Part shown: positions 25,160 to 37,420 of the stretch, piece by piece
Position numbering within the stretch: the first letter of the stretch is position 1
Layout: each line of letters opens with the position of its first letter
Position numbers and translations under genes: made by a program
The notes under the pieces: model-generated
Database searches by the model: none
What the model saw: the letters and a program-made list of their open reading frames with translations, nothing else
Told to the model about the DNA's origin: nothing
NCBI GenBank assembly: GCA_964016885.1
Contig: OZ024742.1
Coordinates: 172,670,001 to 172,734,000, forward strand
Source: Eledone cirrhosa
Taxonomy: Eukaryota
DNA: 64,000 bases
Direction: 5' to 3'

Positions 25160-28100
25160 GGGCAGGGCCCCCAGGTTTTCACAGCCTGGGCCCGCTCGTC
25201 ATCGTGCCATTGTAATAGAGCCAAACAAGGCCTTTAGTGTTGGCTGCTGGAACGTACGGACGCTGCTTGACAGGGATTCCTTGGAGCGTCCTGAACGAAG
25301 GCTTCGACGTTACGATCTTGACATCGTGGCTTTATCTGAGACGAGGTTAGCTGGAGATGGTCATCTTACGGATTTTTGTGGAGAATATATATTCTTCTGG
25401 AAAGGAAGAGATGAAGGAACCAGAAGAGAGGCTGGGGTAGGATTTGCTGTTAAGACTGTACTTGTGAACAAATTAGAAGAATTCCCAGTAGGGATTACTG
25501 AGCGTCTTATGTCCATGAGAGTTTCGCTGGACAAGGGAAGATATGCTACCCTGGCGAGTGTGTATGCTCCAACTATGAGTTCTGTCGATGAGGAAAAGGT
25601 GTCCTTTTACCATGCCTTGAAAGGTGTTTTAAGAAATATCCCTCAGGCAGAGAAAGTCATCGTGCTTGGTGACTTTAATGCTAGAGTGGGTAGGGATTTT
25701 AACACATGGAATGTAATCGGAAGGCTGGGGTGGGAAAGTGTAACAGCAATGGTATGCTCCTGCTGCAGATGTGTGAGGAGCTGGATCTGTGTGTTACCAA
25801 CACCATGTTCCAACAAAAGAACAAATTCAAGACCACATGGATGCATCCTGCATCTAAGGAATGGCATCTTTTGGACTACGTCCTAGTCAGGATGCGTGAC
25901 AGACAGGATGTGCAGTGTGTTCGTGTTCTGCGTGGAGCTGATGCTGGACGGACAACTGCCTGGTACGCGCAAAAGTGAAACTAATCACTAAACGTAAAAT
26001 CCGGATCCTGGTGTTGCCCTGCCCAACAGATTGAATGCTGCTCGTCTTAAGGATAAAAATGTGAAAAGGACATTGGAAGAAGAGATGCAGGCTGTAGCTC
26101 TTGGTGAGGATTGGCCGACTCTTAAAAAGTCGATTTATGATGTAGGCAGGTGTGTTCTGGGATTGGCGCAGAGAAAACATCAGGACTGGTTTAATGAGAA
26201 TGATGAACATATAGAAGACTTGTTGGCTGATAAGAGGCGTGCTCTGTCACGCTACTTGACGGCAAAACCACAGGAGAGGAATACGTTGCATGATGAACTC
26301 AGGTATGTAAAATCACGTGTTAGGTGGAGTCTTTCTCAGATGAAGGATCAGTGGTGGAGTGAGAAGGCTGGTGAGATACAAACTGCGTCTGATTCCAATA
26401 ACACAAAGCTGTTGTACAGTCTCTTGCGTGATGTTTATGGACCGTCTTCTTCTCTGGTGACACCGCTTCGCAGCAAGGAAGGCAAATAACTTCTTCGTGA
26501 CTCACAAGGAATTCTACGAAGGTGGCGAGAGCACTTTGATGATCTTTTGAATCAGCCGTCTGTCGTCAGTGAAGATTTCCTCAATCTCATTCCAGAAAGT
26601 CCTGTGAAAGTAGCTCTCGCAGAACCTCCGACGCTTGTGGAGGTTGCAGTGGCTATTTCGAAGCTGAACACTGGAAGATCTCCAGGTATGGATGGCCTAC
26701 ATGCTGAGCTCCTACAATATGGTGGTGAGAGACACTGCAACATCTTCACTCTTTGTTTGGCAGGATATGGGCTAATGAATCCGTACCTGAGGACTGGAGA
26801 GATGCAGTAATGGTGGTCTTGTACAAGGGAAAGAGTAACAGGAACAATTGCTTTCTGTCGTAGGGAAAGTTTTATGTAGGGTGTTTCTGGACCGTCTGCT
26901 GACACATATTGCAGATTGTGTTTTTCCTGAAAGTCAATCTGAAAGTCAATCTGGTTTTCGTGCTGGACGTGGCACTACTGATATGATCTTCTCAGCTAGA
27001 CAGCTAGACAGCTCCAGGAGATGTGCATGGAACAAGGCTTGGATCTGTATCAGGTCTTTGTCGATCTGACAAAAGCTTTCGATACTGTTAACAGAGATGC
27101 ATTATGGAAGGTTCTCCAGAAACTTGGTTGCCCTGATAAGTTCCTTGCTTTAGTTAGGTCTTTCCATGACGACATGAAGGCTTGGGTTAATGTCGGGGGT
27201 AACATGTCGGAGCCTATCTCAGTAAAAAATGGAGTGAAACAGGGGGATATTCCAGCACCAACCCTGTTTGCCATATACTTTGCAATGGTTTTCTGTATTG
27301 CATTCAGCAATTGCGAGCATGGTGTTTACATCCGATATCGAACCTCAGGCAGCATATTTTACATCAGGCGCTTTGCTGCGATGACAATAGTATTTACATC
27401 AATCATAAGAGACCTCTTGTATGCAGATGATTGCGATCTTGTAGCGCACACAGAGAGTGATATGCAGCACATTTTGAATGCATTTTCTGACGCTTGCACT
27501 GCCCTAGGTCTGACTGTCAGTCTCAAGAAAATCGTCGTCATGTACCAACCTGCCCCTGGTAAGCAGTACACTGAACCAAACATCTATGTGTATGGCAAAC
27601 GTCTTGGAGTGGTTGATCAGTTTATCTACCTGGGAAGCACTGTCAATCGATACAGCAACCTTGACAGTGAAATCTCACTTAGGATTAGGAAAGCAAGTGA
27701 TGCTTTCGGAAAGCTAGAAAGGCGACTCTGGTGTCGGCGAGACATATGCAGGAGGACAAAGGTAAAGGTGTACAGGGCATGTGTGCTCTCTTGTCTTCTT
27801 TATGCCTGCGAAACATGGGTCACATATCGACACCACCTTAAGCAATTGGAGCGTTTCCATCAGATGTGTCTCAGACGGATCCATGGCGTTCACTGGAGGG
27901 ACCCAACCAGTGATATCGAGATTTTGGAACGCTCTATGTGTGACAGTATAGAAGTTCTTGTGCTTAAGCAACGACTCCGCTGGAGTGGTCACCTTGCCAG
28001 GATGAAGGATTCTATAATACCAAAATAACTCTTTTATGGAGAGCTGGTTAAAGGAAAACGACCGCGACATAAACCAAAAAACAGGTATAAGGATTCCTTG

Positions 28101-28610
28101 AAAGCCTCTCTGAAAGACGCTAACATCTCTGCTGATACATGGGAGAATATTGCTGCTGATCGTAATAAATGGAGAAAGACTGTATATGAGGGAAAAGTTG
28201 CCTTTGATGCATCTCGAATCGCATACGAGAAAGTAAAGCGGGATGTGAAGAAGGGCATTGCTGTTGCACTTCCAGACGGCGAGGGTCCTCCTATGGTGCT
28301 GGCATGCGGCGTATGTGCGAGACTCTGCCTAAGCAAAGCTGGACTCGAAAGTCATCTTCGCAGTCATAAAGTAAGACCAGTGGTTGACTACCAGGCTGCT
28401 GTTGGAAATGCTACTCATCATGCTTGCCAAACATGTGGTAGAGCATGTAAATCAGCAGGAGGGCTCAAGCACCATGCTAAAGTACACAAACTCCAACCAC
28501 AGCCGACTATTCCCAGTGAATGTTTTGGTTGCCGACTCTGTGCAAGACATTTTAGATCATTGGCTGGGCTAAAAAGCCACATTCGATCGCAGCGCTGTTA
28601 GTTGCTATCG
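25160..28610 (+). mobile_element. RTE-clade (BovB-like) LINE, nearly full-length ORF, decayed
   Basis: WNVRTL, DIVALSETRL, GVGFAVK, SVYAPT, LGDFNARVG, SPGMDGL, QSGFRAGRGTTDMIF, FVDLTKAFDTV, GVKQG, LLYADD, YLGS, RLRWSGHLARM. Followed by (TG)n. Confidence 0.95.
25230..28601 (+). pseudogene. RTE polyprotein (APE + RT + three C2H2 fingers), several frameshifts and stops
   Basis: ORF pieces 25281-25886, 25706-25978, 26031-26489, 26547-26810, 26848-27069, 27021-28028 and 28098-28601. Confidence 0.92.
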
Positions 28611-28736
28611 TGTGTGTGTGTGTGTGTGTGTAGATATGCTTATATGTGTGCGTGTGTGTGTATATATATATGTATATTATTATTGTTGTTATTATTATTA
28701 TTGTTATTAATGTATGTGTGTGTGTATATGTGTGTG

Positions 28737-28779
<43 letters not shown>

Positions 28780-29802
28780 CATTTCATTTGAGTTTGAGTC
28801 CATGCTCAGGCCAAGTCGAAGACTCCACCCTCAATATATATTTATTTATTGATTTTTTTTGATTTTTTATTTATTTATTTTATTTATTTATTTATTATTA
28901 TTATTATTTTTTATTTTTTATTTTTCATTTTGATTTTTCTTTTTTTCTTTGGCCATACTCGATAACGAGGGGGCAGCCAGCATGTATGTATGTATGTATG
29001 TATGTATGTATGTATGTATGAATGTATGTATGTATGTATGTATGTAAGCATGAATGTCTATGTGTTGTAGTTCCCTTGAAAATGTTTGCATATGAAACAG
29101 AAAAGACATCGGTACAAGGCAGCAGGTCATAATGGAATTTTTTTCCGACTTCTCGTTCTGATATTTCAAAACCACTTGCATTGTACGTCTTCCTAAACAT
29201 ATCCAATTTTCGTACAGACAGACAGACACACACACACACACACACACACATACATATATAAAATAAATATGTATGTATATATATATATGTATATAAATAT
29301 TTTTGTATGTATATATATATATATATATATATTTAAGTATGTAAATATATATATATATATGTATAATATAAATATATATATATATTATGTAATAAACAAA
29401 GTAAGATGATTAGTTCATTTACCAGTATTTTCTTGAAGGCAGTGTCTATCTTCAGTCATCAGAATGAATAAATAACATGGTGTTTTTATTAAATATGGAT
29501 TTGGAAACATAATTTAGGAAATATGAAATGGAGGCTGACCAAAAACGGGCAAATAAGAAAGGGGAAAATCTAAAAAATATATATATATATAAAAAATGTC
29601 CGAAACATAAACATACACGCTCTCAATTACGCGCATATATGTAAAAGTACGTAGACGTATACTTTCTCACATAAGCGTATTTGCGTCTACATAGAAATAC
29701 GAACAGGAACATAAATACATACACATACATATACACAGATATACACACACACTTAAACATATAGATATATATATACACACATACATACACACAAACACAC
29801 AC

Positions 29803-29848
<46 letters not shown>

Positions 29849-30652
29849 GACTTAGATACATATACATACCTACATGCACAAGCACGTATCAATATTTGCG
29901 AGTCATTGGGAACTAGTTTAGAAGCAGAAATAACAAAATAAATAAAGAAGAACAAACATTCAAAAAAAAAATATATATATATATATAAGAAAATCAAAAT
30001 CATATCAAATTTAAAATCAAAATAAACTCAAAAAGGGAACGTTTTGACAACGAAAAGATGTGAGAGTGTGTGTGTGTGTGGGGGGGGGGGGTAACATAAA
30101 AACAACTTAAACATTAACAAATACACACGATATGCATATATATACATATACACACATATATATATATATATATACACATACATGTATATATATACCTATA
30201 CACACCTACACACACACACACGTATATGTATATATATATATAAAATATACATACATATATATACATATACACACACACATACACACACATGTATATATAC
30301 ATATACATACATATACACACACATACACATACACGTGCGAGTGTGTGTATAGACAGATAGGCATACAAACTATAAATACACACACGCTCGCAGGTGGGGG
30401 TATAAAATAGGGGGGTGTTGTACCAAAAAATGCAAAGATGAAACAATGATATACTCCACAAGTTTGTCGAGTGCTTCGAAACAGGTAAAATTATATATTT
30501 TTTTTGTTGAATAAATGACAAAATAAATATCCCTATGCTTATAAATACACGTACTCATACACATACATATATATACACAAACATATATAGATACACATAT
30601 ATAAAAATAAATATACATATATTCTACTCGCCGATATGTGATTCTCACTATT

Positions 30653-30705
<53 letters not shown>
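28610..30705. repeat. Microsatellite-rich tract (TG, TA, TTA, TATG, CA)
   Basis: Direct reading. ORFs here are repeat artefacts. Confidence 0.9.
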
Positions 30706-30706
<1 letters not shown>

Positions 30707-31483
30707 AATAGTGAGAATCGCATTTCTGCGAGTAGAAATTAGCGAAACGCAATTTCCGAATTGTGTTGGCGAGCGCTCAATGGATTTGAATATACCAGAG
30801 CTATACATATAAGTTAAAAAGTCCATACAAAACTGAGACGAGGGTTAAGAAGCCATTAACCAGCCAAGCCAAAAAAGGGAGTAAGCTAAGCGGGTGAAAC
30901 AAAATAAGATATGCTTGAAATATTACCTGGACCCTCAGGAATGATGGTATAATCCGATATAGGGTTTCTGCGACACCTAAATCAATAATACTCTCTGCTT
31001 ATAAAAAAATAATAACAAGGATATCACTTTCTCAACAGGCATTTTGTTCTGCGTGCGCCAGGATCCCACAGTGTTCGAAAGCACATGTGAAGTCCAAAGG
31101 GGAGAAAATCCCTAGTTTTGGCAAATGAATTCAGTATCTCTAGTCATTGCAAAAAATTGCAAAAAAAGCACAAAACGAATTAAGCTCTCAACCGAATAGT
31201 TTTTAAAATAAACTTAAGCGATTAATCTGTCAATATAATTAACCAAAAAAATCAAAAAAATTAACTGGTTAATTGCTAGACTTGGCAGATTAATACAAAT
31301 ATACAAATAGCGAGAATCGCATTTCGGCATTTCGTAAACCCGACAGTGACTCGAACATTAATGTTTTTGAAGGGGTCTATGAATGTTTATATCAAACAAA
31401 TACAGATAAACATGCCTATCTCCTTGAAATCAAATCAATTTAAAGAAATATTTATAAATCGATAAATTATTAACATAATTAAT

Positions 31484-31671
31484 ATAATAATTGTTTCTAC
31501 TTTAGGCACAAGGCCAGCAATTACCCAGTGCATTACTGGTACTTTATTTTATCGACCCCGTGAGGATGAAATGAAAAGTCAACCTCGGCGGGATTTGAAC
31601 TCAGATCATAAAGGGACGTAACTATGCTGGAAAGCATGGCGTCCGACCCTCTACCGATACTGCCAATCCAC
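31484..31671 (-). mobile_element. SINE, near full length
   Basis: Close match to 2050-2233. Confidence 0.92.
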
Positions 31672-31680
31672 AATGGTTTA

Positions 31681-31833
31681 TAATAATAATTGTTTCTACT
31701 GTTGGTACTTTATTTTATCGACCCTGTAAGGATAAAATGCAAAGTTAAGCTCGACGGGATTGGAAATCAGACAGTAAAGGGACGTAACTAAGCTGGAAAG
31801 CATGGCGTCCGACACTCCACCGATACTGCCAAT
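31681..31833 (-). mobile_element. SINE with internal deletion, tandem to the previous copy
   Basis: Core and head present; GGCACAAGGCC...ACT segment missing. Confidence 0.88.
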
Positions 31834-32300
31834 TGAATAAATTATTAAGTTTACGATATTCAATGTTCCACAAACGTGACTGTTATTTGATAAATTAAGT
31901 TGTTCATTTTTTATGTAGTTCTCGTTGAATTGAATCGAATTAAGTTTAAGGATAATGAAATTAATGACTGGTAAATGAATATTGATTCATACATAAATAT
32001 AGCGATAAATACATTTGTGATGAATATGGAATATACACGGATACGTATACGATGAAAGCTCTTTCAAATAACTGGAAATGCAAAAGCAGCGTCTAATGGA
32101 ATAAGAAAAATATATATTATACTAATTTGAACATACACACAACACGGATATCGATGGTGAAAACAGAAACAATGACTATAAGAGTCGCGGTGTAAATGAT
32201 AATACACATACAATGCATTCACAAACACTTATACATTCACCATTCACTGACAGGTATATGCATTACCAATAATCCACATCTTACAAATATATACAATATA

Positions 32301-32489
32301 TAATTGGTTCTACTTTTGGCACAAGGCCAGCAAATTACCCAGTGTATTACGGGTACTTTATTTTATCGAGCACGTAAGGATGAAATGCAAAGTTTAACCT
32401 CGGCGGGATTTGAACTTAGAATGGCAAGGGCCGTAACTCTATGCGTCAAAGCATGGCGTCCGACTCACTACCAAATACTGCCAATCCAT
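32301..32489 (-). mobile_element. SINE, near full length
   Basis: Reverse-complement match to 56868-57057. Confidence 0.92.
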
Positions 32490-32664
32490 AATACTAGAGG
32501 CTCTGTACACATAATTCGAAGCAATAGCTCTAATAACAACACTCCATTTACTCAAGATGCATTAAGGTGTGTTTGGTAATGCTGTGAGAACAATGAAAAA
32601 TGATTTATAATAATGATGAACATGATGATGATGATAATGATGATGATGAAGGCGAACAATGACG

Positions 32665-32750
32665 TTACTAGGTTTGGCACAAGGCTAATAGTTACCCCAG
32701 TGCATTATCGGTGCTTTATTTTATCGACCCCGTAAGGATGAAAGGCAAAA
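32665..32750 (-). mobile_element. SINE 3' fragment
   Basis: GGCACAAGGC ... TTTATCGACCCCGTAAGGATGAAAGGCAAA. Confidence 0.85.
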
Positions 32751-32767
32751 TATAATAAGAATAATTA

Positions 32768-35700
32768 TTTTTTTACTAACCACGCAGGGTTTGACAGGGA
32801 GAAAAAGAGTAATGATGAACAGGCAGAACGGAGCGGAACAATGTGTGGACTTTAGCGTGTAAAACGTTCATGTAATGAGGTATAAAAACAACTTCAAACA
32901 AATAAATTCGCAATAGGGGAAATGTTGATGGTCACACATGGGGAAAGCCTACAAAAAGCCTCGGACATACTGACTATCAGGGAAAGTACTCTCTCTTATG
33001 TCTCCACCTCAAACTTACAGGTTCATACTCCGAGCAGGCACTTTCAAACGTTTCATGCTCGCCCCTCTCACCCATCTTTAGAAAAACTGCTTGGAATGTC
33101 GAACTTCTCTCTCTACTCCAATTCTCCTATTCAAATGAAACCTGAAAAAAAAAATCGGTGCGCGTCCAAGATAAAAGTGTTTCGTTTCAGCCCTTTTAGA
33201 CGTGTCCATCCACACGACATTTTTCGCCATGGCCACCAGGCAGATAACAAATGCATGCGCTTCCCGGCTAGGATCCATCATTCACAGAACAGTATGTTTT
33301 CGACATGAACCCACACGATAGCAATGTTCGGATACGGGGCGATACCTGAAAGAAGGGTTTCGTCGCTCTGCGGACATCTGGGACAGCCACTGCTGACGAC
33401 AATTCCATGCCTGTAGAATTTATATTGAGCTGGAAATTCTCCACGGTAGAACTGCCAGGCCAGGCATTACTGGAAATTGTCAATGGACCCCAGTTCAAAT
33501 TTTTCCCGGAAAACTACGTTCTCCAGTCCATTCGAATGTGAAGCGGGGCAAGGTACGATAGTCAGGCGCTAGTAGAATGCGGATGTGATGTACACAATCG
33601 CCACCTCTGCCCGACATTTCAGGGATAGCTTCCGTTCACCCTATTTCACGGCCTACCTGCTTTGCTTTGGAGAATTGTTCTAGAGTCAATCTCAGCATAA
33701 CCACGTCAGATGCGTTGCTTTTCAGAAAATGCTCGCATAGCTTCCTAACTAGCTCACTCTGTATTATATTTGTTCTATGGTTACTCATTTATTAAACCTT
33801 ATTGATTCTACTTTAATTCCCTTTTACCAGGCAAACCATTAATTATTATTCAGAATTTCTCTCATATTGTTGAGAATTTCTTTCATCAACGCCCGCTTAA
33901 TGAATTTATTAATCCGATTTCTGTAGGGCTTTCGCGTCGGAATGGATACATTTAGCTCCCATGAACAGGACCCGGTCTATGTCAACTATGCAAATTACAA
34001 ATCTATGGGTTATTTAGTCGTCTATTTTAAAATATCGACAGCTTCTGCTAGCCCTACCTATTTCCATAGAAATACCCTATCAAGATACGATCTGGATGGC
34101 CCGATGCGCTATGTCCATGTCCATATTATAATATTTACCATATTCAGTGGGGACCTGCCAGGCAATTAGACATGCCTGAACAAGTTTACAAGGCTTTTCC
34201 ACACTCCTCCTCTATCTGTTAGTCGCATACAGTTCCAGCATGCGGCTAAGATACCGTTCCAGTCGCCCACTATCAATAGAGTGCGGGTCGTTCCCAGAAA
34301 GTTTGCAAGGAGGCGGTTCCCATCTGGTCCTGCCCTTGTTGGGCCATAGACACAACGAACTTACATTCTGGATCTAGGAAGGTCCGTATGGCGAGATCTA
34401 TGCCTATCTGAAACAACACAGCGACTCCGCCTCCAGTTCCCGGACGCTTTAGAGATTGGTACGCATCAAGCCACCAGAAATAGGTTTGAAGGCGAATGCC
34501 TCGGAAATTCTGGTCCCGCTGAAGGCCAAAGCTATGTTTAATGACCTGAGGTAGTTGACCAAGTGACCCTGCTACCATGACGACCGCATGCTCAGTGCTG
34601 CCTTCTGTCGATTTGCCTTAGTCATTTGGAGGAAGGACGGTTGTTCCGTCCTTCTGTCCAGTTGTGGGTCCTTTTACAATAATATCTGTGTATATTATTT
34701 TGATATTGACCCACGAATATCCCCTATTACATTGGGTAATTTCTTTTTTAATTTCATGCTTTGGTATATTGAGATAATTATTAGGTAAGTAGGTACTGCG
34801 TTTTTTTTTGGGGGGGTGGGGGTTCTATGTAGTTTTTTTTCTGATAGGCTGCTGTTCTATTGCATGTAATGGAGTTAATATTTCTTTTCCTAATGTTTAT
34901 TCCTGTGTAGTGTGAGGAGTAATATTTGTTGTAATTGTTGATTTTGCGCATGGGGGCTTGGTTATGTTTGGGATGTTGTCTGTATTTGTGATGATGTATG
35001 TTGTGTTATTTATGCAATGTGTGGAGGTGATCTTTTGATGTTGTTGCTGGGCTTGCTAGATACGGTGGTGGTGAATTGCATGGGGTGGTGTGTTGTATGT
35101 GTATGATGCGTTTTTTGGAATTGTGTGTTTTTGTGGGCAAATTGTACACTTTCTCTTTTCATTTCTTTTTTGTACACAGTTTGCCTCCCACCTTGCAGCT
35201 ATAATTCATGTCCGAGTGTGAGATGTAGGGAAATGGCATGTCTTGTATTTCTAGTATTGTTATAGGTGGTTTTTATTCTGGTGTGATAGATGTCGGTGGT
35301 GATCCTGCCCCTGATGCTGCAACCGTTGTTGACGTTGGTGGTACTGTGGCCGCTAATATTATGAGTGTGGGAGGTGGCGCAGGCTAGGGAGTGAGTCATA
35401 TTTCTTTCGTTGTGTGCTGTGAGCTGATGGAAGATGGCATATAAGAGCGTTTATGCGCCCCATGTGTGGCTCTAATGCCTTTTGCCCTCTACAGTCATGG
35501 GGAGGTGGGCGCCTTCTAAATAATCTATTATCTTTGAGATGGCTTCTATGCGATCTTGTTTGGTTTGGATTAGAAGTTCGATCCCCGGCTCTGACCAGTC
35601 TTCAGATTTTATTGTTTTACCTAAAGGAATTGTGTTGTCTGTGGAACGTAAATTAGGACCTCAAAGTCAAAGGACCCAACTAGTCAAAGAATTGCTATTG

Positions 35701-37257
35701 TGGGCGGCAGATGGGATACTCCTATTTTCGCCAGTATTTAGTTAAAATTCGACTGCAGCAGAGATATTTCCTGTCCTTTGAGTGTGTGAGGTAGTGTCAT
35801 CTCGTTTTCTCGGGTGTGTCTAAGAGTACGTCCTTGGTCCCAAATCCCCTGTCTTGTGGGAAATGAATTCTGCTTTCCCATAGGCAACCCGAAGCAGTAT
35901 ATATTTGGGACGCGGTGACTTGCTCCAATAGGCGCGATTTCAGTCGAATTGTCCGCTATGCCACCATGCAACGCCGCATCTTTTCAACCATGTCGGGAAA
36001 GTGTGAGACTGATTCTGTGAACCCCTCTTCTTTTCTGGATTAGCTGCTGCCGGTTATGGAGTTTTTGGTACTGTGACTTTGAGTACTGGGACTGTTGTTT
36101 GGAACAAACAACGGAGCTTGAAATAGTGCGGGCTTTTGCGTTCAGTAGCCACCCGGGGGCGAACTCCTGGTGACGAACTTGATCCGGGAACAATCTTTTA
36201 GCTGTTCTTGTTTGAATCGGAGTAGAATATCCAAATTCACCCAGAAGCAGTTCAATCGCGCAGTTTTGGTGAAATTATCTGTGTACCATCGTTACTCCAA
36301 TCGATGACGCACCCAGGAGACACCAAACGTCAAGTACTCGTGGGATCCTAAGGATACACACTATCACTGTTATATTGCCAATGAGGGACGGAGGTATCAC
36401 AGCGTGGTCCTTCATACATGGTGCCACGAATGCTTTATAGCAAGGCTTCGGATTTAAACAGCATCTAGGTTGTACTGCATTGTTTTTCCTATGCTATATA
36501 TGCTTTGTCTTCTTGGAAGCATTACTAAGACCTCACCGCAGACTCCACCTCAGCTTGTGGGGTTAATTCCGCTTTGCAATTATATACAGCTGTATATAAT
36601 TGTCCTCTGCTGCACTGCCTCCATTCTATTCAGACGGGACGGTTAGGTTGGGCCAGGTGTTTTGATGTTTGTTCATGCTCCATGTCTGGGCCAACCGTTG
36701 ATTCTTTAACGACAAACCCATCTTTTAGCTGCCGCAGCACCGAATATGATTTCGCTCGTGTTGTTCGTTTTGTTTTTGCTGTATTGGTCTTATCTTTGTT
36801 CACGTTTTTGTGGTTGCCGATGTTGCTGGTGCTGGCGTGTCCTTGTTCACATTGTTGTTGTTGGTGTTGTCCTTAATTCCGTTGTTTTTCTGGCTTGTTT
36901 CTATTTTGCTGTGGGTGCTGCTGTTGATGTTGTTGTGGTCAGTACTGCCTGAAATGTTTGCTGTGTCATTTAGCTCAACGTTTGAGCCGCTGTAACGTGA
37001 GAGCTGGCTGAACTTTGCCAGGCATGCTTCATCGATTTTTTTTTTTTTTCAGAAAAATTATATTTTGAAAAATAAAGTTCAAATATTTGGTCGCAATGTG
37101 CAAATGTTATGAAGACTCCCTTCCTTAGAGCAATGATGGTGTCTTATATTCCCTGTTCAAAATAAAAAATAAAAAAAAAAAACAGATACCAATTTAAACA
37201 ACTCAAATCCAAGAAACTGATGGAGCTCAGAATCGTACGTGTTTTACGTTCAAACCA
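32768..37257 (-). mobile_element. Second, older Tx1-clade LINE with both ends, RT core deleted
   Basis: 33600-33660 matches positions 18-85, 33780-34590 matches the APE region 830-1700, and 37030-37230 resembles the 5' UTR 3935-4120 (GGAGCTCA). Short A-tail at 32768-32774. Confidence 0.82.
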
Positions 37258-37420
37258 TAATAATAATAATGATTTCTCCTTTAGGCACCAGGCCAGTTAT
37301 TTTTGGAAAGGAGAAAGTCGATTAAATCATCCCCAGTCCATTACTGGTGCTTAATGTTATCGACCCCGTAAGGATGAAAGGCAAAGCGGGATTTTAACTC
37401 CGATCGTAAAGGGCCATAAT
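37258..37420 (-). mobile_element. SINE (longer-tail variant) with (ATT)n tail abutting the Tx1 5' end
   Basis: GTCGATTAAATC, TATCGACCCCGTAAGGATGAAAGGCAAAG. Confidence 0.85.

Noticed and set aside
29405-29462. Minus-strand GATGA-CTGAAGA...GAAA...TCATC hammerhead-like string
   Set aside because: Stem II does not pair and spacing is off; at most a relic.
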